A stretch of 64,000 nucleotides of DNA from Mobula hypostoma (lineage: Eukaryota), in assembly GCF_963921235.1 (NCBI RefSeq), contig NC_086101.1:86304001-86368000 (forward strand), given 5' to 3'. Position numbers and translations under genes: made by a program. Every line of letters starts with the position of its first letter. Position 1 is the stretch's first letter. This document shows, in pieces, positions 37,011-46,026 of this stretch. Below the pieces are notes generated by a model. The model saw only the letters and a list, made by a program, of their open reading frames with translations, did no database searches and was not told where the DNA came from.

Positions 37011-37713
37011 TTTCTTCTCCTTCGTTTTTCTTCCAGTTTGTTCATTTTGATCTTGGAAAGGTGCATTTAGCTCACTGGAATATGCTCTTATTAATCCTTT
37101 TATTAACCCTTTTATTACCACATCTTTCCTCTTGGTTTCTATGTCCACAACATCACCTGACAAATCCTCAGTTTTTGTGTCTCCATTAACTCCCTTCTTT
37201 TTGGCCTTTTAATCAAGCAGGTGGGCTTTGGTCTTTGCATCTAATTCTGCAAGCTTTTTATCTCCCACTTGAAGTTATTTTTTATTTCTGTTACTTTGCA
37301 CTACTTATTTAAATATTCAGTATATACCTTATATACATACTGTAATGCACAGCTTTTTTTCTCCCTCTTTTATTATGTATTGCATTGTATTGCTGCTGCA
37401 AGGTTAACAAATTTCCTGACATATGCCGATGACATTAAATCTGATTCTGATTCATATAATAACCTCAATGCACGCAGTGTAGATTCTGGTTCTTTATACT
37501 CACAAAAGCCGAATGCTTGCAACTTTCCTGAAGCTCTTTGAGCTCTCTTCCAGCTTAAAGCCAAGCCACATTTTGCAAGTAATTGTCCAATTAACTTATC
37601 AGAAGCTTTCTCAGGTATGCTGCCTACAAAAACTGTCATAGTCAGACCGCGACTTCTGTCACTTCAACAATTCCTCTGGTCCAATATGTTTTCCAACCAG
37701 AGGCACAGAGGCA
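37011..37713 (-). pseudogene. RBM25: Processed RBM25 fragment (RRM plus downstream segment), interrupted by a LINE tail at 37275-37450, with an in-frame stop
   Basis: Translates SVPLVGKHIG...TVFVGSIPEKASDKLIGQLLAKCGLALSWKRAQRASGKLQAFGFCEYKEPESTLRALRLLYE|LQVGDKKLAELDAKTKAHLLD*KAKKKG...ETKRKDVVIKGLIKGLIRAYSSELNAP...RKTKEKK, collinear with vertebrate RBM25 as recalled. No introns; TAA at 37209-37211. Confidence 0.92.
37275..37450 (+). mobile_element. Short LINE 3'-end insertion splitting the RBM25 fragment
   Basis: Ends acaaatttcctgacatatgccgatgacattaaatctgattctga, similar to the Rex1 3' end at 43550-43600. The RBM25 frame rejoins exactly across it (tat gaa | ctt caa), so it is not a GT-AG intron. 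Confidence 0.75.
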
Positions 37714-37779
37714 CCTGTTTGTCACCAGCTGGGCAACAGTGATTGTGTGTGGCATGGAGACAGCTGTGGCATCATCTTG

Positions 37780-39290
37780 TACTTTTCCTTATTCACTTTC
37801 AGTTGGCTTCATTGCAGGGGATGTGGCATGTAAATGATGGATGTATCTCCAATCAAGTTGTAATACCTTAGCCAATCACATCTCCACAATGATGGCCAAC
37901 CTATTTTTTTAATATCACATACAAGCTCAATGTGGCTTGTTGGTTGTTGTATTTCACTGTTACAAATGTCATTCCCACAGGAATTATCTTTTCTCCAGTA
38001 TAAATTCTTTGTTGGATACTTGTCAGGCTTCAGCTTAGTATCTTTGAAATGCTGTTCAAAGTAATTTTGTGGAATAACTGAAAAAGCTGAGCCAGTGTCC
38101 AATTCCATTTTAATTATTTTGCCATTCCATATAACCGTATAACAATTACAGCATGGAAACAGGCCATCTCGGCCCTTCTAGTCCTTCACTTCTAGTGTTA
38201 GCCATATCGCTTGTCTATTATTACTTTTGACATTGTGAATCTCAAAGCTAGCCTGTGTCACCCTCATCATTATCAGATTTTTTTCATCATCAGCATGCAG
38301 ATTAGTGCTCTTTTTGAAACTACAACTTGACTTTTTAACTTTTTCTCTTTCTCATGCAGGCCATTTATTTCTGTTCAAAATGCTCTTTGTATGTGTCCTA
38401 CTTTTTCAGATTTTCCGTAGGTTTCGCTTTTAAACCTGCATTGGTGTCATCTATGTGAGACCCTACCACAATGGTAACACAATTTGTCTGGCCAGGCTAG
38501 TTTTTGTTTGTCCATTCCAACCTTGTTCACACAACTGCATCTCAATTTCTCTTTTGTTTGCTTTTTCAATTCATACAACTATTTCAACTGCTCATTTAAA
38601 TGAAAGCTGTGCTTCAGTTAGGTGCCGTTTTTTAATGCTTTCTTGTAAGATTTCACAAACTAAATTATCTCTCTGCGCATCATTAAGCTTAATGTAGAAC
38701 TGACAAAACTCAGACAATCTCTTCAATTCAGCCAAGTATGCTGAAACGGACTCCCCATCTTTTTTTTTTATTTCTGCTTATGAAATCTAAACTGTCCTGC
38801 AATTAACAATGATTTTAGTTCTAAATAATTATTTTCACAATATCATCAAAGCTAATTTTGGCTGGTTAGTTGGAGCAGTTAAACTTCGATGCAAACTGTA
38901 AACTTTTAAATCCAATGCACTCAGCAAAATTGGTACTCCTTTCTCATTGGCAATTTAATTTACCTCAAAGCACTGTTCAATTAGCTCAATATGTTGTTGT
39001 TGTTCAGTCATTTAGTCAAGTCTGACTCTTCATGACCTCATGGACCATATGTTTTCATGGCAAGATTCAGAAGTAGATTGCCAGTCCCTTCTGCCGCATA
39101 TACTGATACTGCTGCTCCCCAGGTTGGGACCCAGCTGGGTTTGAACTCAGGACCATCTGCCTTGAAATCCAGTGTTGATGCCACAACACCACCAGCTGGC
39201 CCTCTCTCAATATACATAAACCAGATAACTGTTAAGATATTGAACGTGTAATCTTTATGATGTAGGCAGCCAATCCTGCTTTTTCATTAT
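37780..39290 (-). pseudogene. Gypsy gag-protease remnant
   Basis: Gag motifs at 38600-39250, CCHC knuckles at ~38385-38487 and aspartic protease DTGS at ~38088-38099; multiple stops and frameshifts; short CR1 tail insert at ~38128-38184. Confidence 0.85.
38993..39205 (-). mobile_element. tRNA-head SINE with an RTE/BovB-like tail, inserted in gag
   Basis: Minus strand shows A-box-like tggtgttgtgg, B-box gagttcaaacc and the tail ggtccatgaggtcatgaagagtcagacttgactaaatgactg(aac)n; 8-bp TSD ctcaatat (38985-38992 / 39206-39213). Confidence 0.8.
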
Positions 39291-39504
39291 CATCTGGTGC
39301 TCAATGTTTATGAACCCATGAATTCTTCAGTTTTCTGCCTATTTTAACTCAACTGTGCCTGCATGAACTGCAGTGTGCTGATATTTTTCCCCACCCACCA
39401 GCTCCACGGCGCACTATTTATTTATTTAACTCAAATGACTCGCAGTTCTTCAACAGGTTGGCAGCCATCTAAGGTTTGTTTAAAAATATGTATCTCCTCA
39501 CCAC

Positions 39505-39760
39505 TGTTACATTTTGTATCTCCCAAAACATTAAACTATTTCGAGGGAAACCAAGGAGCCAAGAGACGGGAGCTTATCTTTGTCTTTTACTTTAAGCGAA
39601 GTGCACATTTATCACATTGTAGCATCATGACATATGCATTTCACGTATTTTTACATAAAACCCATTGTTAAATATATAAACAATAAAGAATGCTTAATCC
39701 AATAATATACATATTTACAAGATTAATTAGATATTACTGAAATATTAAATATACTACACA
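39505..39760 (-). repeat. 5' LTR
   Basis: TG...CA ends (tgttac...ctacaca); PBS-like sequence adjacent at 39491-39503. Confidence 0.88.
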
Positions 39761-39889
39761 AATAATGAAAACAATTCTACTAAATGATTGCCTGCACAAA
39801 TCATTAAATACTTTTTATCACAGTGGTAAATAAAATTTCTCTCAGTGCCCTCAATGTTCTCAATTCTTGACTACACACCTGTATATACA

Positions 39890-40775
39890 CACACAGTTGC
39901 CACTTTATTTGAAGTCCCCTCTATATAATAATGTGGCCACTAAGTGTATGTTCGTGATCTTCTGCTGCAGTAGCTCATCCACTTCAAGGTTTGACATGCT
40001 GTGCATTCAAAGGTGCTTTTCTACACATCACTGCTGTTACTGTACTGTTGTGTGTGCTTATTTCTACACATCACTGCTGTTGCCACACTGTTGTGCGTGG
40101 TTATTTCTGTACATCACTGCTGTTACTGCATTGTTTTGTGTGGTTATTTCTACGCATCACTGCTGTTGCTACACTGTTGTGTGTGGTTATTTCTACACAT
40201 CACTGTTGTTACTGCACTGTTGTGTGTGGTTATTTCTACACATCACTGTTGTTACTGCATTGTTTTGTGTGGTTATTTCTACACATCACTGCTGTTAATG
40301 CATTGTTTTGTGTGGTTATTTCTGTACATCACTGTTGTTACTGCACCGTTGTGTGTGGTTATTTTGAGTTACTCTCACCTTCCTGCCAGCTTGAACCTGT
40401 CCTTCCCTTCTTCTCTGACCTCTCTCATTAATAAGGCATCTTTGCCCACAGAACTGCCACTCGCTCATTCTTTCTTTTGTTTCTCGCACCATCCTCTGTA
40501 AACTCTAGAGACTGCTGCGCATGAACATCCCATGGTATCCGCAGTTTCTGAGATGCTCAAATCACCCTGTCTGGCGTCAACAATTAGATCACATTTCTTC
40601 CCCATTCTGATGTATGCTCTGAACAACAACTGAGTGTCGACCATGATTGCTCAAAAAAAATATATATATATCATCTCCACTGCTATGCATAGAGTTGCAG
40701 CCACATGATTGGCTAATTAGAGATTTGCATTAATGAGCAGGTGTGCTGGTGTACCTAATAAAGTGGTCACTGAAT
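39890..40775. mobile_element. Tc1-derived non-autonomous element (MITE-like)
   Basis: TIR-like ends cagttgccactttatt / aataaagtggtcactg in a TA-rich context. Confidence 0.7.
40015..40362 (+). repeat. Minisatellite, ~8 x 43 bp (ttatttctacacatcactgctgttactgcactgttgtgtgtgg)
   Basis: Unit starts at 40058, 40101, 40144, 40187, 40230, 40273, 40316 and 40359. Confidence 0.95.
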
Positions 40776-41599
40776 ATATATACACAAGCATGCAGATATC
40801 TACTCACATATCACCACTGCCAGATGTACACAATCCATACACACTGATAGATATAAACACAAACGCTGTTACCTTCCATTTTTACTCATCACCTCCTTCA
40901 CTCACACCTCCAATCCTTTGCCCACATAGTCAAAAGCTCTGACTCTTTTCACCTCCTCCCACTTTCCCAGTCCTCTCTTTCCATTAGTCATCCTGAATGC
41001 CTACTCAAGTTCCTTTCCATATTTTCTGTCACTCACTAAAAACCATTCTGTCTCACTGCCTCCAACTTTTCTCCTCTCTCATTGCCTCTTCATGCCTCCC
41101 CCACTTTATAGTCACTGGCTACTCATTCTGTTCTGCATTATACTACCCCCAACTCTCAACAACCAGGCATAGTGGGAACCTGGTGAATAAAGGCAGTTGT
41201 GCTGCTGAGCAGGATGAATAACCTTTAATGAAATCATTAGGTCCTCGAAAGGTAGTTAATTCCAGAAAGCTGTCTCCTCCTCATGATTTAGACACCAGGC
41301 AGAAGCAAAGAGTAAAATAAATAATATGGAATATGCCTTTATCAATTTTCAAAGCTGTAAATTGTGAGCAGAACTAACACATGAAATTATTTGATTGACA
41401 CTTAAATAGCTGAATGTCACCTATGTAAGAGATTTATTTATTTTAATCAGTTGAATTAATTAGTTATTTATGCTCATTCCTTGAAGAGGATTGCTCTTCA
41501 CTCGTGCCGAAGTGTTTAGGGCTGCATGTATTGATTTTTTGAAGACCTGGCCAGAGTGTTGCTGATGCGGTGATGCCCAGCACTCATGCTTGGACACAA

Positions 41600-42258
41600 T
41601 ACTTGACAAACTTTGTCAAACTTCTATAGATCTGTGGTGGAGACCATGTTGACTGGCTGTATCACAGCCTGGTATGCAAACACCAATGCCTTTGAATGGA
41701 TAATCTTACAAGAAGTAGTGTTTAAAGTCCAGTCCATCACGGGTGAAACCCTCCCAACCAATGAGCACATCTGCATGAAACACTGTCGCAGGAAAGCAGC
41801 ATCCATAATCTGGGAGTCGCACCACCCAGGACTCGTTCTCTTCTTGCTGCTGTCATCAGGAAGAAAGTACAAAAGCCTCAGGACTCACATCACCAGGAAC
41901 AGGAACAGTTACTAACCCTCAACCGTCAGACTCTTGAACCACAAGGGATAACTTCACTCAATTTCACTTGCCTCATTAAAATGTTCCCAGAACCATTGGA
42001 CTCACTTTCAAGGACCCTTCATCTCATGTTCTCGACATTTATTGCCTATTTATTTATTTATTTATTATTATTGTTTGTTTTTGTTTTTTTCGCACAGTTT
42101 GTTGCCTTCTGTTCTCTGGTTAAATATCCTAGTTTGGTAGCCTTTCATTGTTCCTGTTATAGTTATTATTCCATAGATTTGTTGAATATGTCCACAAGAA
42201 AATGAATCTTGGGGTTGTATATGGTGACATATATGTACTTTAATAAATTTACTTTGAT
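41600..42258 (+). mobile_element. Rex1/Babar LINE 3' fragment with 3' UTR
   Basis: NFYRSVVETMLTGCITAWYANT...KAASIIWESHHPG..LFLLLSSGRKYKSLRTHITR; ends taataaatttactttga. Confidence 0.85.
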
Positions 42259-42559
42259 ATTTCAGGATACACTTGAGCAGTATTTTATGCACATCATTTA
42301 CTTCACATGACCATTGGTCCAGTATAGATGTTATGTTATCATCCACTCTGTGTAGCTTCAGATTATCTACGTTTCCTATCCACAACAAAATGGAACAATC
42401 AAATACAACTTTTTGCCCTTAATTCAATTTTCACCCAAGTGTTGCAAAACTATATCAGGATTTAGTGATACTTCCATCTGACAACATCCACTCAGCAATA
42501 ACATTATTGACCAATCCTAACTTGCCATTTCCTACCTCCCTACAATACTCTCCCGATCC

Positions 42560-43605
42560 TCAATGTTCTGGTCCAGAAATAAGGGATTTGAGGGGTTTTA
42601 ATATGTCAGCAAAGACTCCTTCAAATTTCAACAGATGTGCAGTGGAGAGCATTCTGAATGGTTGTATCACAGCATGGACGGATCATCCAATGTATAGAAT
42701 CACACGAGGCATCAGAGGATTGTAGATTCAGCCTACTGCATCACAGCAGAAACCTTCCTGCCATCAAGAACATCTTTCAAGAGGTGGTGCTTCAAGAATG
42801 TAGCATTCATCATTAAAGACCCTTACCATCGGGGACAATTACTCTTTGTCTTTTTGCCATCATAAAACCATTAGGCCATAAGACATAGGAGTAGAATTAG
42901 GCCATTCTGCCCATCGAACCTGCTCCACCAATTGATCATTAGTGATCTATTTCCTTGTCAGCTCCATTCTTCTGCCTTCCCCCCATAACCTTTCACACCC
43001 TGACTTATCTAGAATCTATTAACTTCTGTCTTAAATACACCCAGGGACCTGGCCTCAACAGATGCCTGTGGCAAAGAATTCTATAGATTCATTAACTTCT
43101 GGCTAAAGAAATTCCTCCTCATCTCTGTTCTAAATTGACATCTTTTTATTCTGAGGCTGTGCCCTCTGGTTTTAGACTCCCCCTACCATAGGAAACATCC
43201 TCTCCAAATCCACTCTATCTAGGCCTTTCAACATTCGATATGCTTCAATGAGATCCCCTCTCATTTTACTAAATTGCAGCAAGTACAGGCCCAGATCCAT
43301 TAAACACTCCTCATAAAATAACGCTTCCATTCCCGGAATAATTTGTGGGTACCTCCTTTGAACTATCTCTAATATTATGAGGAGGTACAGAACCCTAAAG
43401 ACTCAAAATCAATATTTTTACAACAGTTCCTCTTCACCATCAGATTTCTGAACAGTTCATAAACACTACCTGATTACTCATCCTTTGATCTATTTATTTA
43501 TTTTGAAACTTAAGGTAATTTTTATATCTTGCACTGCACTCCTGGCACAAAACAAGAAATTCCATGACATATGTCAGTGCTAATAAACCTCCCTCTGATT
43601 TTGAA
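42560..43605 (+). mobile_element. Rex1 3' fragment split by a minus-strand CR1 3' fragment (~42862-43375)
   Basis: NFNRCAVESILNGCITAW before the insert and gaggaggtacag resuming after it; the insert carries a cataaga-type tail and CR1 motifs. Confidence 0.75.
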
Positions 43606-45033
43606 ATATGGCACAACAGTCCCCAAGTAAAAATAGAAATTAATCCTGGTAAAAGGGAATATTCTTGCACAGTGAGAATCGTTCCAATCATAAAGGAAAA
43701 GGATTGTATTTGCCCAATAACAAAGCAATTAGCATCCTTAAAACTGTGTGCTGCAGCATTAACTATACAGAGTCAAGGCCTGCATGAGAAAGCGGAAGGC
43801 AGCTTTGGTAAAATTCTATTTCTTCCTACTCTTCAACTGTACATTGATCACCATCCAAACTCCTTGAAATATTATCTTGAGTTGGTAGTGAGTAGTTGAT
43901 TCAGGTAAATAAGCAGTATAAATACTTCAATGACCTTGGTTTAGTGTCTTAATCAATTGTAGTGGTTATTTTAATTTCTCTAATTACAAATGAAACTGAA
44001 GTTACTTCTGTCAGGTTATCACCCAAGAATTAATAAATCTAATTTGTCAGTTTTAATTTGGCTTGTCTTCCAATCTACCTATCAAGTTTATGAGTGTGTA
44101 AATTCTGTCCATCAACATGAGAAGCTAGGTTTATAAAAAATGTAAACTATAAGTAAATTTAATTATATTAGATATTTCTCCCACAAAGATCAGTTGAAAT
44201 CTTTGTAAGTGAAGAGATTTTATGTATGAAGATATTTTAAAAGTTGTAAAGGAATTTCTGTATCTTGGATTGATAAAGAGCTAATTGTTTTCTTTCTTGT
44301 TTTCATTAAATTGAAGTAGAAATGATTCTGACAAACTGAAAGGTTACAGAAACAATTCAGTGAGTTCTTCTCCATAGCAAGTGTGATATTTCCCATCGAG
44401 CATACTTTTGCTTACATTTTTTGTGCCAACAAAGAATCATTCAAGTACTTTGACAAATTCAGTGACAAATTTAGTATTCTCTAATTGTATTAGTAGAATG
44501 TACTGCCTGGAGATGCAATAAGCAAGTTTTAGCTCTACTACTTTGTTTGTGGTTCTGAAAGTCACAACTGTATTAACTTTCAAAGAGCTGAGCTATATCT
44601 GGACAAAACTAAGAGATATGTTCCCTATCTCTTATCAAGTTATACATTTTTCAAGAACTGAGGCAATTCTCCAAGTGGTTGAGATATTCATCTGCTTTGT
44701 AATCAGAATGAAGTAATGGCAATATGAGCTCTCCAGTCCAATGGAATTTCAAAGAAGCAATATTTCCTACTCCTCCAGTAATCGGCCTTTTTGTGCCCAA
44801 ATGGAAAAGGCCATTCACATCAGTAGCGTGCTGAAACATGATGTAACAGCTTTACCTTGAAGAATTTTAATTGAGTTTTTTTGAAGAGGTGACCAAGAAA
44901 ATTGATTAAGGCAGAGTAGCAGACAAATATCAGCAAAGACTTTAACAAGGCTTTTGTCAAGGTCCAAAAGTTCATATAACCACGGATCCAGGGTGACCCA
45001 GCCAGTTGGATACAAAATTATCCTGGCGGAAGG

Positions 45034-45287
45034 TGCTGTGCATTTATATATTTCAGTAATATTTGAGTAATATTGTAGATATATTGCTTAAGTATTCTAT
45101 GTTGTTATGTTATTTATTTATTATATAATTTAATTACAGGATATACTGTATATAAATGTATGTGAATGGCATACGTCATTACAGCTTTATGTCATATGTG
45201 CAAAACAAAGACCATATGTATGCGAGTTATCCCTGCTCCGTGTTTATCTTTTGATTAGTTGTACGTTTTGGAGTTAAAAATATAACA
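45034..45287 (+). mobile_element. Solo LTR of the same Gypsy family with a 5-bp TSD
   Basis: TG...CA ends; gaagg at 45029-45033 and 45288-45292; reverse-complement similar to 39505-39760. Confidence 0.85.
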
Positions 45288-46026
45288 GAAGGAGGCAGAG
45301 GGTGGCAATGAAAATTTGATTTTCAGCTGGAAGATTATGACCAGTAATGTGCTGTGTGGATCTGCACTGCATACCCAGTTTGTCATATATATTAATGATT
45401 TGGATGAGAATGCAGATGGCGTGATAAGTAGTTTTGTGGATGACACCAAAACTGGTGATTTATCAGACAGTTAAGAGTGTTGTTTAACATTACTACAGCA
45501 GCTAGGTCAACCGAGAAAGTGGCCACAGGAACGGGAGATTCAATTTAACTCAGATAAGTATAAAATAATGCATTTTGTGAAGCTTAAACCAGGGCAACAC
45601 TTATACATTACATTATAGGACCACGGGGCATTTTATAGAACAGAGAAAACAAGGATAAAAGTATAAAGATCCCTGAAAGTGGCGACACAAGAGGAACAGG
45701 TTGGTAAAGAAGGCAGATAGGCTGTTTGCCTCATCGATCAGGGCATTGACAACAAATGTTAAAACATTGAGTTAAGACCATTGTAATAAGATATGTGTGA
45801 GATCACATCTGGAATATTGTGTGCAGCTTTGATCCCTGTTGTTATCGCAATAATATAATTACACTAGAGTTGATTCAGAAAAGATGCACATGGATTCTGC
45901 AGGGATGAAAGGGCCTAAATTCTGAGAAAAGACTGGCTAGGCTGAGGCTGTTTTCTATGGAGGGGAGAAGGACAAAGGTCACCTTAGAAGTTAATAGTAT
46001 CATGAAGGGTATAGAAAAGATGAACA

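Larger units (their letters stand above)
36530..39760 (-). mobile_element. Non-autonomous Gypsy LTR retrotransposon carrying a captured RBM25 mRNA fragment
   Basis: Direct LTRs at 39505-39760 and ~36530-36721; PBS-like tggtgaggag next to the 5' LTR; gag (WFMYIELIEQCF, ESVSAYLAELKRLSEFCQF, CYHCGR..H....C knuckle); protease MELDTGSAFSVI; PPT agggaggag immediately before the 3' LTR TG. Confidence 0.9.

Noticed and set aside
37275-37450. Intron within the RBM25 sequence
   Set aside because: On the minus strand it begins tc/aa and lacks GT-AG ends; it has a LINE-type (tctgat)n tail on the plus strand.
37373-37639. Functional RBM25 gene or exon
   Set aside because: No splice sites or introns, substitutions in conserved residues, a LINE-tail insertion, an in-frame stop downstream, and location inside an LTR element. 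The ORF's C-terminal ~25 aa come from the insert.
39867-40501. Cys/His-rich repetitive proteins (three overlapping ORFs)
   Set aside because: By-product of a stop-free 43-bp minisatellite inside a MITE.
43564-43899. 111-aa ORF
   Set aside because: Starts in a LINE tail, has no domain similarity or splice support, and is of chance-level length.
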